From Fistulifera solaris (Eukaryota): a stretch of DNA of 64,000 nt. Each line of letters begins with the position of its first letter. The stretch's first letter is position 1. Positions 10,345 through 23,745 of this stretch are shown in pieces. The notes under the pieces are model-generated. The model was not told where the DNA came from and did no database searches. It saw nothing but the letters and a program-made list of their open reading frames with translations. The DNA is taken from NCBI GenBank assembly GCA_030295235.1, contig AP026123.1, positions 1,054,001 through 1,118,000 on the forward strand, read 5' to 3'. A program made the translations under genes and the position numbers.

Positions 10345-13300
10345 ATGGAAGCAGGTGCATTTGTGTGGGCACGCGACAATGAGGGCGACGAAGCCTGGAT
10401 CTTGTGCGAAGTAGTCAAGAAAACAGACACCGAATTGCGATTGAAACAGAAAGACAAGCCAAGCAATGAGTTCTCTCGTGGAATTGAAACTCTTAATGAG
10501 GAGACAGGCGAACGAAAATTTGAGGGAGTCGAATTAGCCAACACTCCGTTGTCGCAAGAAGAGAAAGAGGAAGGGCGAGATAATGATTTGATTGCCTTGC
10601 CTCACTTGCATGAGCCTGCTATACTACACGCTCTGTCAGATCGCTTTTTTCGCGGTAAAATTTACACGTGGACGGGACCGGTTTTGATTGCCGTCAATCC
10701 ATTTCAACGTCTTCCTCTCTACACGGACGACATTCTCGAAGTCTACCGACGAGATGGTCTGTTGAAAGCGCAGGGCATGCAAAGTGGCGATGAGCTCGAG
10801 CCCCATGTCTTCGCCATTGCAGATCACTCCTATCGTCAGATGATGGGAGAAAAACGACGATCCCAGGCCATTCTTATTTCGGGCGAATCAGGAGCTGGGA
10901 AAACCGAGTCGACCAAGATTGTCATGCTGTACTTGACCACCCTGGGATCTGGTAGCGGAGAAGTCGTAAAAGAAAACGCGAGTGATGAAAGTGGAGAGCT
11001 TTCTGTCATGCAGAGGGTTTTACAGTCCAACCCTGTACTAGAAGCCTTTGGAAATGCTAGAACCCTTCGAAACGACAACTCATCGCGTTTCGGGAAGTTC
11101 ATTGAGCTTGGTTTCTCCCGAGCTGGTCATCTTCTTGGTGCTAAAGTTCAGACCTATCTTTTAGAAAAGGTCCGACTTGCTTTTCATGCTGCGGGTGAAC
11201 GAAACTATCATATCTTTTATCAGCTCTTGCGCGGCTGCTCTGAAGAAGACCATATGAAGTACGAGTTTCACGACGGTGTTACAGGAGGCTTAGATCTTCC
11301 CAACTATTTTCACTACACTGGACAAGGTGGTGCACCGCACTTGCGAGAATTCACGGATGAGTCTGGGTTTGAATATACACTCAAAGCCATGCGAAGGTTG
11401 GGATGGTCGCAAGAAACGATTGATGCCGTTTTGTCGATCATTGCTGGCCTTTTACACCTTGGTCAAATATCGTTTGAGTCCGTGGAGGTTGATGGAGTAG
11501 AGACAGCAAAAGTCGCGTCAGAGAAGACACTCGAATATGCAGCTCGTCTCCTCGGCGTGGATATTGATAAACTCCGCGCTGCTTTGACGGAACGCATCAT
11601 TCTGGCACGTGACCAAGAAATCAAGACTCTTCTGACTCCTGATAAAGCCATGGATGCCCGCGATGCATTGGCGAAAACCATTTACGGAGCACTCTTCCTA
11701 TGGGTAGTAGATCAGGTAAACCAGTCGATTTGCTGGGCCGACGACAACGAAGTGCGTTCTTCGTGCGGTGTCCTAGATATCTTTGGTTTCGAATGTTTCG
11801 CTGTGAACTCTTTCGAACAATTGTGTATCAATTACACAAACGAAGCTCTTCAACAGCAGTTCAACCAGTTTATTTTCAAACTAGAGCAAGCGGAATACGA
11901 AGCAGAAAACATCGAATGGGCTTTCATTGAATTCCCTGACAACCAAGATTGCCTCGACACCATTCAAGCCCCCAAAGTTGGTATCTTGTCCATGCTGGAC
12001 GATGAGTGCAAGCTACCAAAAGGAAGTGATCGCAACTGGGCGAAGCGCATGTATGAACAATATCTGCCGGAGAAAAATCAAGTAGTCTCGGCAAATACCA
12101 GATTCCACGCTACTAAGGTTCAGCAGGGTAAATCACTCTTTGCGTCCGACATTTTGCAGGTCTTGTCACATACACTGTGGAGACGAACTTCATGGAGAAG
12201 AATAAAGATGAAATTCCGATTACTGCTCAAACATTGCTGGAAACGGCGCCAAGTCAGCTCATCAAAGATACCTACGAAATCCAAAAGCGAGAGAATCTAG
12301 GTCGCGCCGATGCCGGCAGTAATGCCCGTGCAGCCAAACCCAAAACAGTTGGCCAGCAGTTCAAGGAGCAATTGACGGCCTTAATTGAAAGCGTGCAGAA
12401 AACGGACCCGCACTACATTCGTTGTATCAAACCGAACGACGCGGCTAAGCCTCTTTTGATGACTCGTAAGCGTACAACTGAACAACTTCGTTACGGAGGT
12501 GTCTTGGAAGCGGTCAGAGTTGCTCGAGCCGGCTACCCAGTCCGAATGGTCCATTCTGGTTTCTTCCAGCGCTATCGGATGTTGCTTCCGACGACACCGG
12601 ACGATGTTCTTCCTTGGAGCATGGATGGTCATGTGGCTCAAGATCTGTGTGTGAAATTAGTTCAGATTGTGTTGGAAGAAGGAAAGAAACACAGAGAGGC
12701 TACCAAAGATGGTCCGCTTGATCCCCATGAGCCTGGAATCACTCGATCGGAGAAGATCAGGCGTATGCAAAATCAGCCTATACCCATGGCATTTCCAATA
12801 ACTGATGTGCAACTAGGAAAGACCAAGGTTTTCATGCGCAAGCATCCTCACGATTGCATGGAGGCACATCGCGTTTTTCACCAGCATGCTAGTGCTACTG
12901 TGATGCAAAGTTGGGCTAGAGGCTTGGCGCAACAACGGAAGTACCTCATCGTTGGAGATGCTGCTCTTACCATTCAGCGTTGTTACCGTGGATACAAGGG
13001 CCGTGAAAGGTATGTGACATGGTGCTTTATTGTGTCAATTGGCATTTTATGTCCTTGTATTCTTACCCATGTCTATCTTCAGATGGTGGAACCTACGGAA
13101 AGCAGATGCTGGAATGCTACTCACCAAGGTATTCCGTATGCTTATTGCATGGCGAAAGTTCAATCGGGTCAGAAAAGGAACTGTTCGCTTGCAAGCTCAC
13201 ATCCGTGGTCGCACCGTTCGTCGTGAGCAAGCTAGTATCGAAGTTCAACGATACTATCGCCGTTTCATTGCTTTCAAGCACTACCATATGCTCAAGTCGG

Positions 13301-15642
13301 CTGTTCTTTCGCTGCAGTGCCGTCTACGTGGAAAGCTTGCTACGCGTGCTCTGAACGAACTCAAGAAGGAGCAGAAAGACGTTGGCAAGCTCAAGAATAT
13401 CAACGTGAAATTGAAGGAAGAGATGGCGAGTCTACGCGCGATGCTTGCTGCCCAGGCAAAAGAAGGAGCTGCCAACGAGGAACACAAGCAAGCTTTGGCA
13501 GAGAAAGAGAAGCAGATAGCAGAACTAGAAAAACGAATAGCTGTCCTAGAGAAAGAACTTGCAGAGGCAAAGGCCACAGTCGAGAAGCTGGAGAAGAATT
13601 TGGCACAATCGCAAAAGAGATTGCCCACGAACGAGACAGAGTTCTGACTTTGGAGAAGCGAAAACCGACGCACGAAGTATCGGGATCGCCACGTTCGCAT
13701 CGGAAAACACCGTCAAAAGACACAGAAGACTTTTTTCAGGCGTAGACCTTCTGCTGATATTCCGACCAACAGCAGCTCAGCAGCTAGCTTCATTAGTCCG
13801 GATATTCTAGCCGACCATCTCGCAAGGGTTGCTATTCTTGAGCAAGAACTGGAGGAGGAAAAGAAACTTCGTCGAGAGGCTGATGGCGAAATCATTAGAA
13901 TGAGAGCCGCTGCAAATGGGGTGAAACTTGATTCAGAGATGGTGAACGACTTACTTTCTCCGCAACTAGACAGCAAGTCGGAAGAAAGTTCCATGACGGG
14001 AACAGACACCCCTACAAAGCCAAGGTACGTAAATTACTCGTTTGCTGCTTGGTCAATACAATTGCTGATATCAACTGTGTGCGAAATTTGTTGTTTATCT
14101 TGCTAGGTACATTTTCTTGCTTGCTGCGTTGCTTTTGATGACATTTGTGACTGCTATTCTGCTGCTTCGTCGGCGCGCGTCTGCTAGAATTCTTCTTCAT
14201 GTTCTGAAGTCGATTGAGCGTGTCCAGGACACACGTGCGTCCCCCATGCTTAATATGTCTATCTTTGAACTTGAGTCTGCTGAAATGGCCATGTTTGCCA
14301 AATCTTTTCATGCATCGCCGTCCATCGAATGCTATTGAGCACAGAGTTCGGCCCCCTGTTTTTCTAGATTCGTCATCTTTTAGTTTATTAGTTTTCGAGT
14401 TTTACTGTCTTCAGCTGCAATAAGACTCTGACATGTGTTTTTAATCCCGCAGTCAAGAAGAACGTTCTGAGGATCTACAGAGAGCATTATCGAAATTGGG
14501 TATCAAGGATGAAGCGAAGGAAAGGGAACAGAAATCTTTGCTATTGTCTCCATTCAAGGTCGGAGCGGACTTCATTCCCATGATCAAACGTGGTCTTACA
14601 AGTATCGGCGAAGATAAAGAAGAAGATGTTGCCGTTGGCTGGAAAGTAAATGCAACGACTCGACGAGAACAAGAGGAGGCACTTCGAAATGAGGTACACA
14701 GATTTGAAACTAAGTTGAAGAAGTACACGCACATGTTGGAAGAGGGTTTTGGAAGTAGTGATGTGGCAACTAAATAGAGGCGAGGGAGAGGTCGCCGGAG
14801 CAGAGGCGTCGGAAGAGTTTGCATTGAAAAATTCCAACGTGACTCTGCAGCTTCACCGCCGCGGTGATATGTTTGTTCAATCTGTGTTGACGTTCGTCCT
14901 CAAAGGTGGCTATCTTAGTAAAGCTATCGGTCGAAATCGAAATGTTGACAAAACAGCATTGGAGCCTCTTTCCATTCATGACATTCTTGAAGTACAGGCT
15001 GGCTGCCAGGGTTATGATCACAACGATTTGCCTACGGCGGCCTCTTCATCAAAAACCAAGACCAAGAAGAAACCCGACAAAAAGACCGAAAACGTTCAAG
15101 GCCACCTATTTCTCACCATCAAGGCGACTCCAACTCCAGTAGCACACTCTCGATCGTATATTTTTCGCTTTAAATCGCGCTCGGCGAGAAATGACGTCCT
15201 ATACGGACTCCGAAGTGTGCTCTCGGATATGCAAATCAAAGAAGGCGTAAGTATATCTGGCCTTCAAACAGCAAGTGGCAATGATACAGACGATGTTGAC
15301 GAAGAGGAGATTATGGTTCCGCTTGAAGCGGTCCATCAGGCCATTAATCGGGAGCGCGAAAGCTACGACAAGATTTTGCTTCTGCTGCAGCAAGGCACGG
15401 ACGACTTGAAGCAGAAAGAAGATGAATTACAAACGTTGCACGGCAAGCTCGATCACGCCTTGCAGCAATCTAAGGAGAAGGATCGTATCCAAGCAAACGA
15501 TTCAAAGCTCATCATGCAACTCAGCAAGAAGCTCGAAACACTTCTGATGGACAACGAAGACCTTCGAGACAAAAATGATAGGCTCAACACTCGATTGGTT
15601 TCCGTAGAAGCTGAACTGATGAATCTTCCTGGTAGACGTTAA
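10345..15642 (+). CDS. Myosin heavy chain (motor, IQ motifs, coiled coil, PH-like domain, coiled coil); introns 13010-13082 and 14025-14452; homopolymer frameshifts near 12140, 13615, 13735, 14748
   Basis: P-loop GESGAGKTES, NPVLEAFGNART.RNDNSSRFGK, DIFGFE, PHYIRCIKPN, IQRCYRGY-type IQ motifs; frames join when single-base indels are corrected. Confidence 0.93.
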
Positions 15643-15678
15643 ATAAAAATAACACAGTACTTCATTAAGGAAACATTC

Positions 15679-17226
15679 TTAGTTACGAAACCTAGTAGGA
15701 TCGAAAGCAAACGTGGATTTCCCGTCGACGTATGCATTTTTTCTCCTCGTTAGACCCGCTGCGAACCCAGAAATAGAATCACCTAAAGCATTCACTCCTT
15801 CCGCGTCTTCGTCTTCCTCGGGTAAGCAGCAAGCGCAGCCTTGCTTTACCGCGGCTTTGAGAGTCCAATGTTCAGCTGGAAGTACTGTATCGAACAATGT
15901 TTTATTTTCGATTAATACCAACTTGTGACGAAAAACAGCATTCTCAATGTTGGCGTTCTTGAAATGAGGAGCCGACACTCTGGCGTTTACGCATGATACA
16001 GCAAGCTCCATTTGTGACACCGTCACATCCCCACGAGAGCGACTTCCGGTGATGTATTGAAGCAGTGACCGAAGGGCCCAATAGGACGAAGTACGTGGAC
16101 CAGAGGTAGAAATTGGTTGGGCGTTGAGGAAGTCTAATTTGCAGCAATATGGAAGGAAAGTCTTGTCTTCTTTTTTCTGGACCAAATAAGAATCGACGGC
16201 TGTCAACCAAGTCTCGACAACATCAGCTTGTGATACAGGTAGCCTGGCTAAAGCTTCCCCGAAGGCAGGTTCCATGACATTTGTTGAGGATGAAATCGAC
16301 AATAAAGGCGTGGTAGAAACCGTAGGATCTGCAAAATTTAATGCCTCTTGAGTATCAGTCGGGACGACGGAAGGATTCTTGGCTGACTTGCGAAGTGCAA
16401 CGGCGTTTGCTACAGTTTTCAAGCAACCTGTGTAGCAAAATACGTGCCTATCATCGGGGAAAACCCTTTGAAGCAATGGCAGTAGCGACGAAACAATACT
16501 CTGTCCAGGAAGCGTAATGAGCAAGGTCGATGTCTTACACCGAAGGGCTTCGACACGACATAGCGCATATAAAAGACGCTCCAGACGTTGTCGGGTGTAA
16601 ACGCGTTGCTGGATTAATACAGCGAGACACACCATCCAATATGGTTGTTGAATCACATGTATATCATCTTTATACACGCTTTCCACCAGGTCAACGATTA
16701 AATGTGAACCCTCATGCGCACTCGCGTCGCTGACAAAACAGAAAGTGGTCGTAGATATTTTGATCTCCATTTGATCTGCAACTTGTGTTGCGACCGCTGA
16801 CAGAGGCAAGCGATGCACCGTGTTTCCTTGCAAGAACCAAACAAAATGCTCTTTTGAAAATTCTTTTTGAGCCCATTCTGATGAACTCTCCTCGGATCCT
16901 ATACGGATCACTTGAATGTCCTGATAGCCGCCCGAAACCAGCTCTGAGCAAAATTTGTCGATTTGTTCGGAATCATCCCAGGACTTCGTAATTAATCCAA
17001 GTTTGTCCGCTACATATTGGAAACGAAAGACCGCTCGAGCAAGCGCTTGCTTCCATCGGTACTGGTACTCAGCAGCTCGTTTCGCTTGTAGCTGCTTCGG
17101 TGAAAGTAGGAAACGACGGCCTACCTCATCGCTCTGTAAAGCAACGAGGGTAAGGGCCAGAAGGGTCGCTGCGCCTGCTGAACCCAAAAGAATCGGAGAT
17201 ATGGGACTACCACTTGACAGAACCAT
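15679..17226 (-). CDS. Hypothetical protein with N-terminal membrane anchor
   Basis: 515 aa ORF with hydrophobic LLGSAGAATLLALTLVAL; convergent with the myosin; no family recognised. Confidence 0.65.
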   Translation of the reverse strand: MVLSSGSPISPILLGSAGAATLLALTLVALQSDEVGRRFLLSPKQLQAKRAAEYQYRWKQALARAVFRFQYVADKLGLITKSWDDSEQIDKFCSELVSGGYQDIQVIRIGSEESSSEWAQKEFSKEHFVWFLQGNTVHRLPLSAVATQVADQMEIKISTTTFCFVSDASAHEGSHLIVDLVESVYKDDIHVIQQPYWMVCLAVLIQQRVYTRQRLERLLYALCRVEALRCKTSTLLITLPGQSIVSSLLPLLQRVFPDDRHVFCYTGCLKTVANAVALRKSAKNPSVVPTDTQEALNFADPTVSTTPLLSISSSTNVMEPAFGEALARLPVSQADVVETWLTAVDSYLVQKKEDKTFLPYCCKLDFLNAQPISTSGPRTSSYWALRSLLQYITGSRSRGDVTVSQMELAVSCVNARVSAPHFKNANIENAVFRHKLVLIENKTLFDTVLPAEHWTLKAAVKQGCACCLPEEDEDAEGVNALGDSISGFAAGLTRRKNAYVDGKSTFAFDPTRFRN

Positions 17227-17815
17227 CAAATTCCGAAGCAGGCAAGTCGATCAACACGGAATGAATCAGGAAACAGAATAGATACGTCGTCTTAGCTCAA
17301 ACTTATAATACGTAGTCAAAGTTTCATGGCAGCAAATTATTTTATTTCGTGTTGTTGCGCTTCTGCGTTTTTGTTGCGTTCGCGAAGGATGGGGCGATGG
17401 AGGATGGAGAGTAATCATCGTCTGTCGTCTGTCCATTCTGAGGAAAATCACTATGGATTATAATGTAGTATCGAGGCCTAAAGGTAAACGAGAATGATGG
17501 AAAAGTACGAAATTCAGAAATGAGAGAAGACAAATGCCTAAGTAATATTCGGCACTATCTGAAAAATGTACGATCTCTGTCTAAGTATTTATAATTCAAT
17601 AAATTGATACTCATATCAACAGTACAATTCATATCTGCTTCATGTTTTCTTCCAAGGACGAGCGATTTCATAGCGATCGGAAAACGAGGTCACAAAATGC
17701 ACCTCAAATGGCAAAGTTGCGATGGACCTTCTCAATTGCTATACTCCCTTCCATTCAGAACAAAAAATCATCAAAATTCAAAAGGAAACGAGCACGAGGG
17801 TGAGACGGATGGAGG

Positions 17816-19250
17816 ATGGAAAACATAAGTAAGATTCTGATGCATCGTGTGCTACTGCCGGACATCAGCAATTATCTCAGACGAGATCAACACAGAGAGG
17901 AAACGCCGGAAGATGTAGGCTCTGAGATACCTGGTTCCTGTAGCAGCAAGCTTCCCACAGATACGGAACATCAGTCCATAGTCACCTCAGATGTGCATGA
18001 AACGGAGGCCGTGAGTATGCAATTGGAAGAGACATCACATTCAGGGAAACAAATCATGCTCTCCCCAAAGAAAAAATCGCGATAAGCAAACTCCTTTGAC
18101 AGAAAGCGATAACTGGCTCTCTTTTGATGAACCAGATACACTTGGATTGGATATGGACGCGGATTTATGGTCAAAAGATACGAGTCATCAATGGCGGTCG
18201 ACTCCAAGGCCGTCAGGAAGTTCGATGCTTTTTGAAAGCGACATCTTTCATATTGAGGATCAAGAAATGATTGCTTTCCCCGAGACGCCGCTGGGTAGTG
18301 TTCACGATGACGACAACGAAAGTGCTACTGTTTCATCGGATGATGATTCACGAATTCCAAAGTCTGTTCGCGAACGACTGAACACCTTTACACCTTTTAA
18401 ATTTTTATCCTCTCGATCAGGTAAAGCACCGATCGATCACGAACTACCTCTGTCCCGAAAAACATCTTTCTTCACCAAATCGACATCTGAAGACGGGTTA
18501 GAACTTTTGGGGGACTGGAAACAATCCACGGCAAGTCATCTCGCCTTTGACATTGATTCCTTTAAGGCAGATGATTTTATTCTCGAGGAAACTGAGGCAC
18601 CGTCTCTATGGAATATTCCTGGTGACGAAACATCCCCTATTTTCGGCAGCCGACTATCACTCCCCCTTGTCAATCACAGATTTTTCGAACGAGAACAAAG
18701 AGACGATAGTGATGTCCAAGGAAGCTTCTTATACGATGACTGCAATCAAAGAATACCGCGTCCTCCCCTAAGTAGCGAAGACACAAGCTATGGGGCCAGG
18801 CTTTGTTTCAGTTTCTTGGATTCATTTACGTGTCAGTCGGAATTAATGCACCCGTACCGAGAATTTGATAAAATTGAGAATCGCCAGCGCCGAAGACAAA
18901 GCTATTCTCGTCGAACAAGAAAGAAGATATCGAAGAAGAAGAGAAAGAAAAGGCTTCGAGAACAACGTGAAGGATCACATCGAGCAAGCAACTTCCAGTG
19001 TAATCTATCTACTATAGTCGAGCATTCTGACGAAGACAATGACAGCGACCACACCTCTCTCCAAGTTATGTCTGCGGTGGACAGTGATGATACGCAGTCA
19101 TTCAGTCTTCAAAGTTCTAGTACGGGCGATGGATCTGTAAACAGCTACGAAGATACACCGTACTCCGATGGATTATACAATCCACGGGACCTGTTCCTTG
19201 TTGCTAGCAAGATAGGAGATTGGGAACTACAAGAGATGCAAGAAATATAG
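17816..19250 (+). CDS. Hypothetical Ser/Asp-rich, probably disordered protein with a basic NLS-like stretch; probable frameshift in the A-run near 18075
   Basis: Adjacent ORFs 17816-18085 and 18096-19250; RRTRKKISKKKRKKR. Confidence 0.5.
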
Positions 19251-19441
19251 CAAGACGTTGCTCGTGCTACCTAGCTATTATAACATAAATCCAAGCTATC
19301 ATATCTTCAACTAGCTCGCGTCGTTGTCCTTCTAGTTAGATATTAATTAGTCTCTTCGCAGCGCGGCTAATCAGCACGTATCTCTACTTCAAGCAAATAG
19401 CTAAAAGTGCTATACGGAGTCATCCGATCGACTCCCTCTAA

Positions 19442-20069
19442 TCACTTCGACCCTGGTATACGGAGCTGGTCAACGTATCTCCAAAGAATCTCTGGGGATA
19501 CGAGAGAATCAACTTCGTGGATAACACCCGCACCGAACTGAAAGGACTGAACAATTTTTGCATTGCTTCCTATCACAACACCTCCATCGTCTTTCGCGCC
19601 TATTCCAAAAAAATCCTCCAGACTGACTTGGCCCCACGCGTACTTCGCCGCCCATGGTCAAAACACCTCCAATGTTATCACCTAAGAGAACGTCAAGAGG
19701 AACCGTTTCCTCTCCGATGGTATGATAATCGCTAATCTTGGAAGCGGTCTCTAGATTTCGAGCATCTTTTAGTTGATTGATTCTCTTCTCACCGAGCTTG
19801 CCGAAAGCAGCCTCATTCGGAACAAAGAGGGTGAAACCAAAACTCGCATTCTTCCGAAGGGTCTTGACTACCTTCTCGTTCGGTTTCAGAACTAGCTGGT
19901 AAAATGACGGATATCTGTCGGCCAGAAATAGTTCCAATTCACTCTGATTTCCTTGCGGCTCAGTGCTCATTGCGAGCCGAGACCGAGGAAGACTGAGCAA
20001 TTGTGCTCGGCTTGTAAAGCCACAAACAACGCCAACCGCTGTCAGCAAAACGAAAGTTAGCCTTTGCAT
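19442..20069 (-). CDS. Fasciclin (FAS1) domain protein with leader peptide; frameshift in T-run near 19610
   Basis: FTLFVPNEAAF (H1); after correcting the frame, GVIHEVDSLVSP (H2) and a stop at 19442. Confidence 0.8.
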
Positions 20070-20698
20070 GTTTAGGAGTTCAGTGTGTGCTGTCTCTGGG
20101 CTAAGATAACAAGTCTGGGAGCTTTGCGTTAATAGGAAGAGCCTCGACTTGGCACACGTTTTAAGAAATGTGCCACATCACACTGTCGGTGTCAAGCAAT
20201 GGGAAAGTTGTTGATGATGTCAAAAAATCTACAAGCACGCACAATACCGAACGGTACACCCACTATGGCTGTTAATGTGCGTAGATCACGACTGGGTTTC
20301 AGTCGTGAAAAATTTGTTGCTGCGATCAACTAAATCTACCTCTCAAGTACAGTCCTGAGTTTCTATTAACGCGGTGATGCGATGGACCTTAGCTTTCAAA
20401 TGCACATTAACAATCAAGAGGTTATCGATCTTTGGGCCCAATCATGCTATTTCACCAAGAAGAACACCCATAAATGGATCTAGGAATGTCTTGGATGGAT
20501 TTTTTTCCATCTCGTGAGACACTTGCTAAACCTCCCTACCTGCATTTCGATAGGATCTCTTCGTCCCTTTTTGGGCGTTTTCACAACCACCGCTGAGACT
20601 GGATTACAGGACTGTATATCACCGACTCACAAGAGCTAGGTATTATTCAATAATTTAAGTGCGTTATGATGTACTCCGTACGTTGTAGCTAGTTTCTT

Positions 20699-22458
20699 TT
20701 ATTCGGCTTTTTCGCCTTGACGACAAACCCATTTTGTTACAAGTTTCGTCCCGTAGCCAGTTGCCATACTTTCTTTGTCCGACCAAACAGGACCAGCAAT
20801 ATCAATGTGGGCGAAAGGCTTCTTTTGCTGACAAACTTCTGCAAAAACAAAGCTGCAGTAATGGCGCCTCCATATCTTCCTCCAATGTTTTTCATGTCCG
20901 CAAATTTGCTTTCCAATTGGTCGTTGTATTCCATTGCCATCGGCATTCGCCAAGACTTGTCGCCAGTGACTTTAGAGATGTTAGCGATTTCCTCAGCAAG
21001 ACCATCGTTCAAGGTCCAAACACCGGCAAGGCTCTTTCCTAGAGAAATCATACATGCTCCGGTCAGCGTGGACAATTCGATAATCTTCTCGCACCCGATT
21101 TCTTTGTCTGCATAGACGAGAGCATCCGCCAAAGTCAGTCGGCCTTCGGCGTCCGTGTTCATGACTTCAATTGTTTTACCGTTAGAAGCAGTGAGAATGT
21201 CGCTTGGAACTGCAGCTCTGTCACTAATCATGTTTTCACAAGCCGCGACACAAAAGTGAGCTTCGACTCCTTCTGGCTGTAGAGCCCCAATCGCACGCGC
21301 GGCACCCAGGACAGCAGCAGCGCCTCCACAATCAAATTTCATCATTTCCATCATTGCCGTTTTGATATTGTAGCCGCCCGTATCGAACAAAAGACCTTTT
21401 CCAATGACACCAACTTTGCTTTTGACCTCTCCCTTCGGCTTGTAAGTAATATGGATGAATTGCGGTTCGGTTTCGGATCCTCTCGCTACACCCAAGAAGC
21501 TGCCCATGCCTCTTGCTTCACATTCATCCTTATTCAATATTTTGCACTGCAACGAACCACCACTTTCTTCGGCGATGCGACGGGCTGTATCAGCCAAGGA
21601 AAGGGAGTTCAAAACATTGTGCGGGGCGTTTACAATATCCTTGCATAGGAAAATTCCACGTGCAATCGAACGTCCTTGCTCAATCGCTGCAGCATCGGCA
21701 ACTGCGTCACTGCCATCGGTAGTCAATGTGATGGATTTCAGATCTTCAGCGACCTTTTTGACGTTAGATCCCGACTTGTAGCGATTATCAGCATAGAGAG
21801 TCTGATAGAATGCCGTTGAAAAGTCCCGAACAGTGGTGGCGTTACCAGTGACTGCTTCTGGAAGAATAACACGACACGAAGCCACTTTCGGTTCTGCCTT
21901 GCATTTGGCTGCGACTGCGTTTCCCAAAGCCATGCCCGCATTCGTCCAGTCTTTGTCATCTTTCTCGGGTCCCAAACCCATCAGAACAATTCGTTTTGCC
22001 GTTGAAGATGCAACACGTAAAGTTGGAGTAGTACCTCCTACCGTCGCTCCGTTCTTGAATGATTTGGCATGATCTTTCAGCATGTCAGTGAGAGCTCCAC
22101 TCAAGTCGTCGTCCAACGATTTTGCAGACCCAGTGAGAGTGATCGGCTCTGGTTCCTTATCGGTAGCCTCTTCTTCTTCTTCGTCGTCGTCTTCTTCTTT
22201 CTCGGCTTTGGCAGGAGGAGAAACACCAATCACTAACAAGTCGACGGCTTCACTCGAACTTCCCGATGACATCGTCACATCCAGCACATCGTTCCATTCC
22301 ATAGCCGCGTTTGGCTTATCAAAAGACCAAGTGGGAAAAGTAGCTGAAGCCATGTTGCGAGCGGTCAAACTTTGGCCAAGGATACTTCGTTGTGGAACGG
22401 AAAAAGCCGAGATAGGCGCAATCAGAACGCTCGCAGTGAACGCTGTTCGAAATTTCAT
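20699..22458 (-). CDS. Leucyl aminopeptidase (M17), plastid-targeted; frameshift near 20825
   Basis: GKGLLFDTGG, MKFDCGG, NTDAEGRL, then FAHIDIAGP in the shifted frame; leader ending ISA-FSV. Confidence 0.92.
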
Positions 22459-23124
22459 AGGATAGATGATGATCTTCTGCACTCCTTTCCTGATGGATCG
22501 GTTCATGAACGACGCTTTAACGAAAGAGGCTTACAGTGATGGAGGAAGTATCGATGAGTCAACAACCTCTGTTGACAAGAACATGAAGTTGTTGCGACGA
22601 TGCTGACAGATTTTTGCCGATGGCGCCTTTTTCTTTTGCCATCGGAAACGATCTGATGACGTTTTTCGTTGACGCGGCGTGTGACCTTGCATTCATGACT
22701 GAATGCAGTCCTGACAAACGTTATCTACACTTGGAGTTTATAGTCAAAACTGGATTGATCGATTTTCGAATCTATTTGACGTAAATGAACAATGAGATCA
22801 TTGTAAAGAGTGCTACAAATGACTGAGGCGAGGTACAAGCAAATAATGCTGCTCAACAAAATAGGAGAACATTCAAAGCTTAGCATGCAGTCTGGCTCAA
22901 AAGAATACCGATTCATGACTAAAATATTGCAGTCGTGGTATTTGTAATGAAAAGTACACTCTAACTCTAAGGGGTTATAGTAACTTCCGAAAGCAACAAT
23001 CGCCATTGCAGCTTGCACGATGAAATAATAGAAAGAAAACGATGCGTCTTCTATTTTTTATCCGCAAGCGCGATGTTTCGACTTTTCTTCTTCTTATTGA
23101 GTAGTTTTTGATTGTTCATTTATC

Positions 23125-23624
23125 ATGGAGGCAGCGGTGCAAGCCAGTGCCGTGGCATCGAAGAGAGTCGTTTTTGTGGGTGGCTTGGCGGAAGCCGCGA
23201 ATGTGTCCTTGTTGCGAGCCGCTATGATTCCGTTTGGGCCCATTGCGAGTGTTGATATGGTAAGTAAAAATAGAATTCAGATCAACTTAGAATCAATAAA
23301 GAGTTAGATTTGAAGCTAATAATGTTCGCTTGGTGACAGCCAATGGATTACGTGGAAGGCAAGCACAGAGGCTTTGGATTTGTCGAATACGAGGATGCCG
23401 AAGATGCGGAAGAAGCCGTTTTCAACATGGACGGCGGCGAGCTTTTAGGAAAAACACTCAAAGTGAGTCTGGCCCAAGCCAATCAGCTACACAAACTTTC
23501 GGATGGTAAATCAGAAGCGATATGGAAATCAGACGAGTGGTTTCAACAGAATGTGGCTGGCACTGATCAAAACACTGAGTTACTAAAGAATCAAGAAGAT
23601 GCAAAGGCTCTGCTAGGTTTATAG
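23125..23624 (+). CDS. RRM protein resembling the RRM of cyclophilin E/Cyp33, without a PPIase domain; intron 23260-23339
   Basis: VFVGGLAE (RNP2), KHRGFGFVEY (RNP1), AIWKSDEW. Confidence 0.8.
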
Positions 23625-23745
23625 CACAAGCGATGCCTACGCATTATAAAGAAGCTGTCGCAAAAATTCTTTCATCTTGTCTGTTGATAATTAGCTTTTT
23701 ATATTGAGCTCTTTCTTTGCTTTCCGTCACTTACAGTTTGATCAT

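Noticed and set aside
12100..14800. Myosin as a pseudogene, several genes, or programmed frameshifting
   Set aside because: All breaks are one-base homopolymer indels like those in unrelated genes across the window
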